34,205 bases of DNA from NCBI GenBank assembly GCA_035561755.1, contig DATMXG010000020.1, positions 1-34,205 on the forward strand, read 5' to 3'. The position numbers and the translations under genes were made by a program. The notes below the pieces were generated by a model. The model was not told the origin of the DNA and searched no databases. It was given only the letters and a program-made list of their open reading frames with translations. Positions 19,421-29,414 of the stretch are shown one piece after another (positions within the stretch are counted from its first letter, which is position 1; the number at the start of each line of letters is the position of its first letter). Source of the DNA: Candidatus Methylomirabilis sp. (GTDB taxonomy: Bacteria > Patescibacteriota > Patescibacteriia > 2-12-FULL-60-25).

Positions 19421-19773
19421 AGCAGCACACGATGTTCAAGTGGTTGGTGGATTATTGAGCTTTCATTCTAAGAGAGTCCCGTGATTGGCGGGACTCGCAG
19501 AACAACGACAGATCCCGACACTGTAGAGACTTCCGGATCACGAACGTCGTCATTTCGTGAGTCTCAACCATGCCTCGCCGTTACGTTTGAGAAGCAATGG
19601 CCCGGTAGGGGCATGGTGTCATCGCGCCCTGAGCCAACGGCATTGTCTTCAGATGCCAAATTGTTTACTGAGCTGATGTCACGAAACCAGTGCGAGGTTT
19701 GACGCATACCATTCGCCGTGTTAGAGCATGTGTGGGTATTCCCGCACATTTTCACGCTGGAAAGGTTCAACCA

Positions 19774-20346
19774 GTGCCGAATATCGTTCTCGCACGCCAC
19801 TGCCAGACGGATTGGAACGTAGAGCAGCGCATACAGGGACAGAGCGACCGGCCACTCAACACGGACGGCCTTCATCAAGCCGGGCAACTCGCAAAATGTC
19901 TGCGCGACGACACGAACATCCGTATCAAGGCCATCGTCACATCGGATCTCCGACGAGCGCATGAAACCGCGCTCATCATCGGAGAAACGATTCAAGTCCC
20001 GCGCGCTGCCATCCACAGCGATTGCCGTTACCGGGAATGCCATTACGGCGCTCTCGAAGGTCTCACGCGCAACGAAGTGCTCGAGAGGCTGAGCGGTCGG
20101 GATCCGTACGAGGATACGTTCGAAAAAACGTATGATTACTCACCATTCGGCGGTGAAGACCGTTCACGAGTCCTTGCGAGAAACCTCGAGGCACTTCAGG
20201 AGCACTGCGCGTCGCTCGTCGAGCAGGCGGACGCGCACCTCCTCGTGATCGGCCATGGACGTTCGCTCGGAACGCTCCTCAGCCACTTCGGACTGCCGTT
20301 TCGCCTCGACCAGGGAACATACCAGGTGCTGAACGTCACCATCTGA
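19774..20346 (+). CDS. Histidine phosphatase family protein
   Basis: LARHCQTDWN (RHG variant), QGQSD.PL, SDLRRA.ET, E..YG.LEG, GHG; GTG start 19774. Confidence 0.88.
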   Translation: MPNIVLARHCQTDWNVEQRIQGQSDRPLNTDGLHQAGQLAKCLRDDTNIRIKAIVTSDLRRAHETALIIGETIQVPRAAIHSDCRYRECHYGALEGLTRNEVLERLSGRDPYEDTFEKTYDYSPFGGEDRSRVLARNLEALQEHCASLVEQADAHLLVIGHGRSLGTLLSHFGLPFRLDQGTYQVLNVTI

Positions 20347-20421
20347 CAGAGCTCACGGCCGGAAACGCGTCACCGCGATTCCGGCCATGTTTATTGCATG
20401 CATATGGCGACAGTGTGCAGA

Positions 20422-20823
20422 TTATGCATCTTTCTCCAGTTGCAACGAACACGAGTTGATGCAGAATCGTTTGCCTGCGGCACCCGGCCCGTCATCGAAC
20501 ACATGACCGAGATGCGAGCCGCACCGTTTACAGATCACTTCCGTGCGGATCATACCGCCGCTCCGATCCTCTCGCAGTTCGACATGTTGTAGATTCGCAG
20601 GCTCTGAAAAACTTGGCCACCCGGTGCCGGAATCGAACTTCGCAGCAGACGAAAAGAGCTCAGCGCCGCAAGCCGCGCACCGATACATCCCTTTGGCGTG
20701 TTCGTTGACATACTCGCCGGTAAACGGCGCCTCGGTCCCTTTCATGCGGAGGACTTCGTACTGTGCGGGCGTGAGACGGTATTTCCATTCTTCGTCCGTC
20801 TTGGGCATATTGTCCGAATCCAT
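20422..20823 (-). CDS. msrB: Peptide-methionine (R)-S-oxide reductase
   Basis: GTEAPFTG, KFDSGTGWPSF, HLGHVFDDGP, RFCINS. Confidence 0.97.
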   Translation of the reverse strand: MDSDNMPKTDEEWKYRLTPAQYEVLRMKGTEAPFTGEYVNEHAKGMYRCAACGAELFSSAAKFDSGTGWPSFSEPANLQHVELREDRSGGMIRTEVICKRCGSHLGHVFDDGPGAAGKRFCINSCSLQLEKDA

Positions 20824-20830
20824 AAAGTAT

Positions 20831-22000
20831 CTAATTGATCAGCTCGCCGTTTTCATACACGAGCAGCTTCTTTTTCTTCAACCGCTTGAAAAAGGGCTTG
20901 ACCGGAACCACGGCCTCCGGCGCGTAGCTCCCGCGCTTCACGATCTCCCCGTATTTAATCATCTGCGCGATGAGAGACGCGGGGAATCCGGTATCAACGT
21001 TGCATCCGGCCTGCTCCCACCCCTTGATCGGCGGGACGATGCACTCCATGAGGATCTTCACTTTTTTCCGGCTCTTCCTGCCGGTGACCTCCACCCACAG
21101 GTTCTCCCACTCAATATACCCCCTCGGATGGCGAAGACGCTTCAAGAACTGTCCGAGGTAGTGCGGTCCCGTAATATCAATGCCGTCGATGTGCGCAGGT
21201 CGAGAATCGCTGAATCCGAGATCGATCAGCGTCTCAATGACTCGCACCGAATGGTCCGGAAATCCGGCCCAGAACCGGACGTTCTTCACGCCCCATGGCT
21301 TGAAGTAATGGTAAAAAGTAAACACCTCCGGGTGGTCGGCGAGAAAAATCCGCTGGTTGCCCACACTCCGAAGATATCTCACCGTCGCGTTTTCCTGCGG
21401 GTGTTTTTTTCGCCATCGCCGGTTTTCGATGACCGGAGCCGGAAGGGTGAACTCCTCCAGAATGCTCTCCATGGAAAATGGAACGACAAAAAGTTTCTGG
21501 TTCGAGTCCCATGCGAACCCCGCCTCGATCGTTTCGATGGAATCCAGTTTACCTGCCGCATGCTTTAGCATCACGCTTCCGATCCCGGGAACCGATCCGC
21601 ATCCCGTAATGGCCGTCTTTCTGATGCGTTTGAACTGCATGTGCATCTTGATCTGCTCCCGGGTCATGTCTGTACGCGAACCAAGATCGATCACATTCAC
21701 CTGAACATCGATGCACGCACGATACACGTTGATGTTCCAATCTCCCTCCGCGCAGTTGATCACGACGTCCGCCCCGGCATGCTGGATAAGGTGCACGATC
21801 TCCTCCTGATCGCGGAGATCCACATACGCGAACATGGCCTGTTTCGGATATTTCGATTGGAGCGATTTCACCCGCACGTCGTACAAGTCCGCGAGGTACA
21901 CATGGTACCCGCTTTCCAACAGGTCGCGAGCCACAATGCTTCCTTGCATCCCGTCGGCGCCCAAAACGAGAAAATCATACGACGATGCAGCTTCGCTCAT
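20831..22000 (-). CDS. Saccharopine dehydrogenase family oxidoreductase
   Basis: VLGADGMQG Rossmann motif, VVINC, GCGSVPG, HPE, TGFPA, G..APE; start moved to ATG 22000. Confidence 0.85.
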   Translation of the reverse strand: MSEAASSYDFLVLGADGMQGSIVARDLLESGYHVYLADLYDVRVKSLQSKYPKQAMFAYVDLRDQEEIVHLIQHAGADVVINCAEGDWNINVYRACIDVQVNVIDLGSRTDMTREQIKMHMQFKRIRKTAITGCGSVPGIGSVMLKHAAGKLDSIETIEAGFAWDSNQKLFVVPFSMESILEEFTLPAPVIENRRWRKKHPQENATVRYLRSVGNQRIFLADHPEVFTFYHYFKPWGVKNVRFWAGFPDHSVRVIETLIDLGFSDSRPAHIDGIDITGPHYLGQFLKRLRHPRGYIEWENLWVEVTGRKSRKKVKILMECIVPPIKGWEQAGCNVDTGFPASLIAQMIKYGEIVKRGSYAPEAVVPVKPFFKRLKKKKLLVYENGELIN

Positions 22001-22059
22001 AGGCGGGAGAATTGATACATAGCTGATAATGAAGGTAGTATACACGCATCGTTCACGAT

Positions 22060-22587
22060 ATGAAGTCATGTATTACCCCGAAGGCGGAGGTCCGCAAGAA
22101 TTTTGCAGGCCACGGCGTGTTCGCAAAAGAAGCGATCGCCGAAGGAGAAATCGTGGCGGATTTCAGCCACGGCACCGGGCAACACGTGAAGTCGGAAGAA
22201 GCAGACAAACTCTACGAGCAGGGGTTTGATTATATGTTGCAAACGGGCGAAGACGAATTCTTTGCGGCAACCACTACGGAAGAGCTGGAAGAAGGGGACT
22301 ATCTCAACCACTCATGTGATCCCAACCTTGGGTTCCACGGGACGCTCCGCCTCGTGGCGATGCGTGACATCGCGACGAATGAAGAACTGACGTTCGACTA
22401 CGCTATGTCGGAATCATCGGACTACCGGATGGATTGCCGATGCGGCGCCCCAAACTGCCGTCAGGTTATTACGGGAGACGACTGGAAGCGCCCTGATTTG
22501 CAAAAAAAATTCGATGGGTATTTTTCCGAATACCTTCAACGCAAGATTCGAGCCGTTCACGCTGTGCGTAGTGCGACTCTAACGTAG
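22060..22587 (+). CDS. SET domain protein-lysine methyltransferase with post-SET motif
   Basis: GHGVFA, NHSCDPN, ELTFDY, CRCGAPNCR. Confidence 0.93.
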   Translation: MKSCITPKAEVRKNFAGHGVFAKEAIAEGEIVADFSHGTGQHVKSEEADKLYEQGFDYMLQTGEDEFFAATTTEELEEGDYLNHSCDPNLGFHGTLRLVAMRDIATNEELTFDYAMSESSDYRMDCRCGAPNCRQVITGDDWKRPDLQKKFDGYFSEYLQRKIRAVHAVRSATLT

Positions 22588-22689
22588 TCAGTGATTTTCT
22601 GAGTGACAATACGACATTCTTGAAATTTTCGTTAGGACGGTGGGACTATGCGGTTGGACACGAGACCCGTCTGCACCTTTCACAAACGC

Positions 22690-23736
22690 TCATTTCCGTC
22701 GGGGAGCACGAACGAACCACACGAGGATCAGCGTACCTGCAAGCCCAGCCAATAGCGCCAACCGCGCATCGCTGATGCCCGGGATTGTCGAGGTCGCGAG
22801 AACGTCATGCGTTGGCGTGGCCGCTTTCACAAAACCAATGTCGATCGGATCAGGTTCTATGGGCTCAGGTTGTCCTAGCCCTTCCTCTGTTGAGATCAAT
22901 TGATACCCGGCTTGCACCAGCACTGTCGTCTTCCCTTGTGGATCAGATGCCTCCACACTGCCCTCGAGGACCTGTAACAGAGTGGAGTCCCGAGTTTCAT
23001 TCATGATAAATTCAGTCCCCCGAATTGATACCGATACAGGTCGACCATGAATTTTGTACCTTCGCCCGTCCTTTACTTGTTTAAGAAAGAAATAAAAGTC
23101 GCCATTCAGAAGTCGGAACTGATCTCGTTCAGCGACCTGAAATGATGACCCGGGAGCGAGTTCAATGACATCCGAGGAACCTTTAAATACAATTTTCACC
23201 CGTTCAAATGGTCCCGCGGTTACGATCTCTCCTGGTTTCAGGTCTTCAAACTTCATCTCCCTATCTCTGATCTCACCAGAGAAATACTTGAATGGCTTGA
23301 ATACCGGCCGTATCATTTTTTCAATTTTTTTCTCATCATCCTGGTCGGGAACCAGCTGGATATCGCCCTCGTCGTCAGCATCCGGAGCGACATTGTTCGT
23401 GCCGTGATCTTCCGTGAGGATCATCCAATACGTCTTCTCGTCCACTTGGACGGGAGACGGTTCAACGGGCTGGTCACCACCATCATCTACGACGTCGTCT
23501 GGAACGACGATCTGATCGTCGCCCGTGTCGTCATGATCGAGAAGGGGACACCCCTCCGCACAGCGCTCAATCGATTCATCACAACGGGTTCCGTCCGCGT
23601 GTTTCCAGGCGCACACTTGCGCCAGAGCGTTTTCCGCTCGTCCCACAACAAACAATCCAACGAATAGTGCGCACGTACAAATAATCGCGACTGTGGCGCG
23701 TTCTCGATGGAACACATTTCGTATGAGAATCTTCAT
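22690..23736 (-). CDS. FecR-domain surface protein
   Basis: Signal peptide, acidic linker, SIRGTEF..VLEGSV, C-terminal TM followed by RRK; ATG 23736 overlaps the upstream stop. Confidence 0.75.
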   Translation of the reverse strand: MKILIRNVFHRERATVAIICTCALFVGLFVVGRAENALAQVCAWKHADGTRCDESIERCAEGCPLLDHDDTGDDQIVVPDDVVDDGGDQPVEPSPVQVDEKTYWMILTEDHGTNNVAPDADDEGDIQLVPDQDDEKKIEKMIRPVFKPFKYFSGEIRDREMKFEDLKPGEIVTAGPFERVKIVFKGSSDVIELAPGSSFQVAERDQFRLLNGDFYFFLKQVKDGRRYKIHGRPVSVSIRGTEFIMNETRDSTLLQVLEGSVEASDPQGKTTVLVQAGYQLISTEEGLGQPEPIEPDPIDIGFVKAATPTHDVLATSTIPGISDARLALLAGLAGTLILVWFVRAPRRK

Positions 23737-24632
23737 CTGCAATAGATGCCACTGATCCGCATGGTAGTGGTTTTCCCGCCGGTGACGGTCACCCTCCGGG
23801 CCCAACACACTTTTCCTGTGCTCGGTGCGACGGCGTAGACGGTGTACACCCCGGCATAAAGTTTAATGACTCGATTGTTACGTCCAATATATCCTTTCCC
23901 CAGAATATAGAGGTAGCCCTCTGATGAAATACTCAACGTGCCAATGCGACTGGTTGATTTCGGCGGAGGAGTCGTATTCTTCGTGGTATCCGTTGATCCG
24001 GTATCCGTCGACGCGGTGTTATTGACGGTAACGGTGACAGACGCGGTTCCGTCCACGCCCTTCAGGCGGGCTCTTGCGGTAATCGTATGCGACCCGTTCG
24101 CCACGCGCGTGGTATCCCACAACACGAAGAAGCAGGACACATCGCATTTCCCGCTCAATTCATCTCCCCACGTGGCGATCTCACCGCTGATCGGTTGATC
24201 GTCCACTGAAAATTGAACGTATTCCGCCGTCGAACTGAAGGCGCCATACGAACGGACCCGTACTTTGACCGTTCCGCTTACGACGGATTGGTTGAAAGGC
24301 TCCATCCATCGAACGGTCGGCGGAGAAGGGTTTTGATTCGGATCGATGAACCGCGGTCCGCCTTCACCTCCCCCTGTCACCGGTGGCGGGGTTGGAGTAG
24401 GCGTCGGGGTTGAAGTCGGCACCGTCGAATCGCTTGAAGGAACCTCGCCCGGGACGGATACCGGCGGCATGCCAGTGGAGCGTGCGGCAGCGAGTACCGT
24501 TGTCGATTCGCTCGAGGGAACGGCCACCGTAGATGATCGCGAGCTGGCGAACGCAAACGCGGTGCCGAAGGTGACAACGATAGCGGCCAACGCCACTGCG
24601 CCATACAGGTCGATGAATTCACGCGTACGCAT
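23733..24632 (-). CDS. Secreted protein with bacterial Ig-like domain and PEGA-like C-terminus
   Basis: TM/signal, PT-rich linker, VSGTV..VQFSVD..WDTTRVANGSHTITARA. Confidence 0.75.
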   Translation of the reverse strand: MRTREFIDLYGAVALAAIVVTFGTAFAFASSRSSTVAVPSSESTTVLAAARSTGMPPVSVPGEVPSSDSTVPTSTPTPTPTPPPVTGGGEGGPRFIDPNQNPSPPTVRWMEPFNQSVVSGTVKVRVRSYGAFSSTAEYVQFSVDDQPISGEIATWGDELSGKCDVSCFFVLWDTTRVANGSHTITARARLKGVDGTASVTVTVNNTASTDTGSTDTTKNTTPPPKSTSRIGTLSISSEGYLYILGKGYIGRNNRVIKLYAGVYTVYAVAPSTGKVCWARRVTVTGGKTTTMRISGIYCR

Positions 24633-24677
24633 ATCTATCTCCTCGAAAAGGGGGCCTACTTAGTATAGCACAGCCGC

Positions 24678-24706
24678 TTGACCGTCGCTGCGCAAAACGA
24701 TACCAT
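24678..24706 (+). promoter_or_regulatory. Putative sigma70 promoter for tRNA-Asn
   Basis: TTGACC-17 bp-TACCAT, 11 nt before the tRNA. Confidence 0.55.
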
Positions 24707-24717
24707 CTTGCCGCCCT

Positions 24718-24792
24718 TCCGAGGTAGCTCAGCGGTAGAGCAGTGGACTGTTAATCCATTGGTCGTGGGTTCGAATCCCACCCTCGGAGCCA
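24718..24792 (+). tRNA. tRNA-Asn(GTT)
   Basis: Cloverleaf: TCCGAGG/CCTCGGA acceptor stem, CTGTTAA anticodon loop, GTTCGAATC T-loop, encoded CCA. Confidence 0.97.
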
Positions 24793-24910
24793 AGATGAAA
24801 GCGTCGTCAAAACATCGACGCTTTTTTCTACTCTAAACCTCTCAAAGAGAAGTGGGATGAAAAGCCCGCCTTGAGCGACCCCGCCTGCATGCATGCGTGG
24901 GTACCGAAAG

Positions 24911-24930
24911 GAATCCCACCCTCGGAGCCA
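24911..24930 (+). repeat. 20-bp direct repeat of the tRNA-Asn 3' end (att-like)
   Basis: GAATCCCACCCTCGGAGCCA identical to 24773-24792. Confidence 0.85.
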
Positions 24931-25027
24931 TGAACGGACGTGTGCGACCACCTGTATGCGTCTGATCAATAGCCCGTCCCGAAAGGGGCGGATTTTTGAT
25001 ACAGTGTAATGCAACGAAATCTACTAT

Positions 25028-26275
25028 ATGCTCACCTACATCATTTTTCAGCTGCTCGCTGGCGTGATCGGCGTTATTGCAGCGATTTTCGTGGCCAAGG
25101 CGCTGTTCCTGATCAGGAAAAGGACGGAGAGAGGCACGAGGATAACTCTTGACATCGGTGTCTCCATGCTTGTCGTAGCGGCCGTCATCTACATCCTGGC
25201 TGCGATTCCTCTCCCGTTACATTTTGCGATGCCGCCGACGATGCATGCGATGACTACGGACAAACAACCGGCATCGCTTCCATTCGTTACTGCGTTTGAT
25301 TTTTTGCTCAAAAGGAACCGGTTTGAAAAAGTCGCGGACATCGGCCGCGATCCAAATGAGGTTCCACAGCCGCTCGGGCGGAACGAGTCGAAGACCGTGA
25401 AGATCTCCGTGCATGCGAAAGAAGTCATAGCGGAAGTAGCCCCGGGCATCTATTTCAATTACTGGACGTATGACGGTAAAGTTCCTGGACCGATGTACCG
25501 TGTTCGCGTAGGCGACACGATTGAACTAACCCTTTCGAATGACAAGACGAGTCTCCATCATCACAATATCGACTTACACGCGGTCAACGGACCGGGCGGA
25601 GGAGCGGCTGTCACGATGGTAGAACCCGGCGAAAGCAAAACGTTCCGCTGGCTCGCAATGAACCCCGGCCTGTACGAATACCACTGCGCCGCACCCAACG
25701 TCAGCACGCACAATTCACATGGCCAATACGGGCTTATCCTCGTTGAGCCGGAAGGCGGGCTGCCGCCGGTCGACAAAGAATTCTACTTGATGCAAGGCGA
25801 GCTCTATACGATGGGCGGTATCGGAAAGAGGGGACTTATGGCGTTCGATACGAAGGGTCTCATAAACGGAACTCCAACCTACGTCACCTTCAACGGCAAG
25901 GTGGAGCAGGCGCCGCGCATGCACGCCAAGGTGGGTGACCGCATCCGCATGTTCGTCGGTGGTGGCGGAGTAAACCTGATCTCGTCCTTTCACGTGATTG
26001 GCGAGATATTTGACGTCGTATATCCCGAGGGCGCTATCGGCGAGGGTTCGGCGGTTCTCAAGAACGTACAGACGACAGCGGTGCTCCCCGGAGGCGCGGC
26101 AATCGTTGAATTCACTCTCGACGTTCCCGGCAAATACGTGATCGTGGATCATGCCCTTGCTCGGATGAACAAGGGCGCATGGGCCATACTCGACGTTACG
26201 GGCGATCCGCAGCCAAACGTGTACGAAGCGCTATCTCCTCCATCCGACATGAAAGGACACATGACGGACGAGTAA
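25028..26275 (+). CDS. nirK: Copper-containing nitrite reductase with N-terminal membrane anchor
   Basis: VPGPMYRVRVGD, HNIDLHAV, YHCA..H, QGELY, SSFHVIGEIFD, VDH. Confidence 0.9.
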   Translation: MLTYIIFQLLAGVIGVIAAIFVAKALFLIRKRTERGTRITLDIGVSMLVVAAVIYILAAIPLPLHFAMPPTMHAMTTDKQPASLPFVTAFDFLLKRNRFEKVADIGRDPNEVPQPLGRNESKTVKISVHAKEVIAEVAPGIYFNYWTYDGKVPGPMYRVRVGDTIELTLSNDKTSLHHHNIDLHAVNGPGGGAAVTMVEPGESKTFRWLAMNPGLYEYHCAAPNVSTHNSHGQYGLILVEPEGGLPPVDKEFYLMQGELYTMGGIGKRGLMAFDTKGLINGTPTYVTFNGKVEQAPRMHAKVGDRIRMFVGGGGVNLISSFHVIGEIFDVVYPEGAIGEGSAVLKNVQTTAVLPGGAAIVEFTLDVPGKYVIVDHALARMNKGAWAILDVTGDPQPNVYEALSPPSDMKGHMTDE

Positions 26276-26597
26276 TTCGTACGGTCTTATACTGAAAAAT
26301 TTCTGCATGAGGCTGCATGCACCAGACGATCTCGAAGATTTTCTCTGGAACGCTCTGCACGCATGCAGTACCCAAAATACCGGAGCCGGATACTGATCAT
26401 GCGTAACAACGTCGACATGACATCAAAACAGTTATTGTCTCTTCGTCTAACATATCAAAATCGCCGTATAACTTGCCTCTCAACGGAACCTGAAGAATCC
26501 TCGTGAAGATCCGCGACCGAACAGCCATATGCGAGAGGGTGACGAATGAAGCGTGCGTGCTATGATACACACTCAACGAATACAGACCCGTTTCTCT

Positions 26598-27962
26598 ATG
26601 AGCCACCCAATGCGTATTTCCATTGCGGCCTTCCTTGCCGTGATATCAACAGTAGTTTCCGTACCTGCGTACGCCTACAACATCAAAAGCGACTACTGCG
26701 GCGTAGTCGTCAATTTTAAGTACTGCAAGTGCGCGTTCCATAACCAATATTGCAAAGATATCAAGATGTCGCAGGCAGCTGCGAATACGTACGTCCAAAA
26801 CGGATTCGACGCTTGGGTGAAAGAAAAGGAATGCGCAAAAAACGGCGGTGCATGGCTGAAGGACACGAAGACGTGTCGCATGCCCGAAGTCGAGAAGCCC
26901 GAAGAAACAACTCCACTGCAAACACAAACGGACGACGCCGAAACGGGTACAGACCACGAACAGACGGGCGAAGAAACGAGCAAGAATAGCGCGACGTCTT
27001 GCGATTCCGCAAATCATGAAACCGAAAACAAAGACGGCCAATGCGAATGCGCTCCGCTCTACGGCAAAAGCGACGACGGTTCGTGCGCCTTCCAAGGCGC
27101 GCGCGGTGTACCGTTCGACGCGGAAAGCGCAACGTCGTTTCAAGACGCCATCGAGGGATTGGGGAAAGGGGAAGGAAAGATCTTCGAAGGAACAAACTTG
27201 AAAGGAGAGTCGATCAAGATCGGAATTCTTCGGCTGCCGGACGGTTCCTTCGTATTCACCGCGAACGGCCTGAACTGGTTCGATGATGCGAAGGACGCCG
27301 TTCGCCCCGGATTGCTTACCAAAATCGGGACTGGGTGGGGGAATATGTGGCGGACGATCGGGATGTGGGTTGGCATCGGAAAATACACAGGCAAGGACAC
27401 GGCCGGGAATGCAGAAGCACAACGCGACGGTCAGGCCATGCTTGATGCCGCGTTGAACGCATTCGAGTCGCTCAAGGCCACGACAAAGGACCCTGATGAG
27501 CAATACAGCGTGGCACGTGAGGCGATCGACACGTGGCTTGACCGCGCGAAAAACCTGCTCGACGAAAATGGCAAAGCGCTCGTGCATGATGGGTTGAGTT
27601 CGGCGACCGGTCTCGACACGAAACTTATCGAAAACATTTCCGATCGCAACTGGGACGACATCGCGGACGACGCGCTTGATTCCGCGAAGAAAACCCTCTA
27701 TGCCGTTCCCGCAGAAACTATCAAAATCCTTAGCAAGGAACTCACGAAGAATGATTTTGCGAACAGTGCTCGAGCCTATGCGGAAGAACGAAAAAACGGA
27801 AAGAAGCCCGAAGAAATACTCGCGGGTCTCATCCGCGGCGATGAACCGATTCTCGAAGCGCTGCAGCTGAAGGGAACCGGAAACATCTACACAAAAACTG
27901 CGCTCTTCATGGCATACGAGGAAGCATACCAGCGGTATCTCATCAGAACATCATTCGACTAA
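26598..27962 (+). CDS. Secreted cysteine-rich hypothetical protein
   Basis: Signal peptide, about 10 Cys in the N-terminal half, long ORF; start uncertain (26598 or 26610). Confidence 0.7.
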   Translation: MSHPMRISIAAFLAVISTVVSVPAYAYNIKSDYCGVVVNFKYCKCAFHNQYCKDIKMSQAAANTYVQNGFDAWVKEKECAKNGGAWLKDTKTCRMPEVEKPEETTPLQTQTDDAETGTDHEQTGEETSKNSATSCDSANHETENKDGQCECAPLYGKSDDGSCAFQGARGVPFDAESATSFQDAIEGLGKGEGKIFEGTNLKGESIKIGILRLPDGSFVFTANGLNWFDDAKDAVRPGLLTKIGTGWGNMWRTIGMWVGIGKYTGKDTAGNAEAQRDGQAMLDAALNAFESLKATTKDPDEQYSVAREAIDTWLDRAKNLLDENGKALVHDGLSSATGLDTKLIENISDRNWDDIADDALDSAKKTLYAVPAETIKILSKELTKNDFANSARAYAEERKNGKKPEEILAGLIRGDEPILEALQLKGTGNIYTKTALFMAYEEAYQRYLIRTSFD

Positions 27963-28017
27963 CGCGCACGGTATCGCACAACCCGTTTCTCCGCAGACCG
28001 CGCCACCGGAGCCAACC

Positions 28018-28045
28018 AAAAAGACCTCCATTCAGGGAGGTCTTT
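28018..28045 (-). terminator. Intrinsic terminator after the cold-shock gene (possibly bidirectional)
   Basis: AAAAAGACCTCC-ATTCAG-GGAGGTCTTT. Confidence 0.7.
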
Positions 28046-28062
28046 CCGGTTCAAACGCACTC

Positions 28063-28260
28063 TTACGCGCGCTTCACGTTGACGGCGGACGGACCCCGTT
28101 CACCGTTCTCGACGTCGAAGCTCACTGCGTCGCCTTCGCGAAGCTCTTCGTACGTCACACCGACAAGCGACTTGCTGTGGAAGAACAGGTCCTTCGCCTG
28201 GCCATCCGCTCCGATGAAGCCGAAGCCGCGATCGGTGAGTTTCTTGATAGTGCCATTCAT
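28063..28260 (-). CDS. cspA: Cold-shock protein
   Basis: MNGTIKKL..RGFGFI..DLFFH..GPSAVNV; start moved to ATG 28260. Confidence 0.93.
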   Translation of the reverse strand: MNGTIKKLTDRGFGFIGADGQAKDLFFHSKSLVGVTYEELREGDAVSFDVENGERGPSAVNVKRA

Positions 28261-28512
28261 AGATGTCTCTATTAAGAATAAAATTGCAGAGTTAGAGATA
28301 TATATGAAAAACGACGACTTTTCACAATATCGCAATTTTATTGACGGAAGTATAGCTGATTTGTCAAATATTGTCAATATATTGGAACATGGCCCTTCAG
28401 GGCGGATTTCAGTATCAATGTTGGACTGTGGGTTGCGGATCTCTCCACCTCCCATTATCCTCTGTAGCATCCTCACGAGCACACATCCTCAATACATCAC
28501 TCTCACCCCTCT

Positions 28513-28893
28513 ATGGATCACGTCGTTCACTTTGAGATCCCAGCGGACAACGAAGACCGAGCGCAACAGTTCTACGAGACCGTTTTCGACTGGAAGGTGA
28601 TGAGATCGCCAATCCCGAATTGGGATTACCGAACGGTGAACACTGTCGAAACGGATGAGAGGGGAACGCCGCTCTCGGCGGGAGCCATCAACGGGGGGAT
28701 CATGAAGCGCGGAGACACCTCACCGCAGCCCGTTGTCGTCATTAAGGTCGCCAATCTGGAAGACTCCCTGAAGAAGGCTGTTGCCGCTGGCGCGAAAGTC
28801 GTTATGGAAGCGAGGCCCGTCGGCGAAATCGGAACGTACGCCCGTATCACGGACACCGAAGGAAACATCATCGGCGTGTGGCAGGATTTATAA
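28513..28893 (+). CDS. VOC/glyoxalase family protein
   Basis: VVHFEIPAD..RAQQFY..FDW, INGG, DTEGNIIGVW. Confidence 0.92.
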   Translation: MDHVVHFEIPADNEDRAQQFYETVFDWKVMRSPIPNWDYRTVNTVETDERGTPLSAGAINGGIMKRGDTSPQPVVVIKVANLEDSLKKAVAAGAKVVMEARPVGEIGTYARITDTEGNIIGVWQDL

Positions 28894-29414
28894 TGACGGG
28901 TCAACTTGCATCGCACTCGTCTGAACACATGTAAGCCCCGCGAAGTGATCGCGGGGCGCATTATTACAGGGCCATCAATCCTAACCGGTCTCGTCGGACT
29001 GGGCTTTTGATCGCGCAAGCGCGATGATCTGAGCGCAGACAGCCGTGAGGATCACGGTAACCGGTTCACCCGTTTTCGTTTTGAACATCTTCGCACTGGG
29101 GAGCATTCGGATAACGCCGAACGCAGTGACAATCAGCACGATCCCGAGACCGTCTCGTGAAACATGCGTCACGCGCAACACGTGCATGACAGAAACCTCT
29201 GGAACAACTGGATTTCTATCGATACACATCGTTACGATCAATGTGGCGGTTCCCGAATCCGCCCGAACGACGACATGATCAGAACGCGCGCCGGGGATAA
29301 TTGATTTGAAACCATTGACGCGTCTTTCAACGCGTGCTAACTTATTGCCCCGTTTGACGAATGGTTCGTCAAACCAAACGCACTTTTCCACCAGAACGGA
29401 ACAAATGCATCGCG

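Noticed and set aside
25691-25700. Exact match of revcomp(spacer 8B) GCACCCAACG in nirK
   Set aside because: Spacer 8A does not match next to it; about 3 chance 10-mer hits are expected for 46 spacers over both strands of 34 kb
28261-28482. N-terminal extension of the cold-shock ORF
   Set aside because: AT-rich leader/promoter region; the CSD starts at ATG 28260
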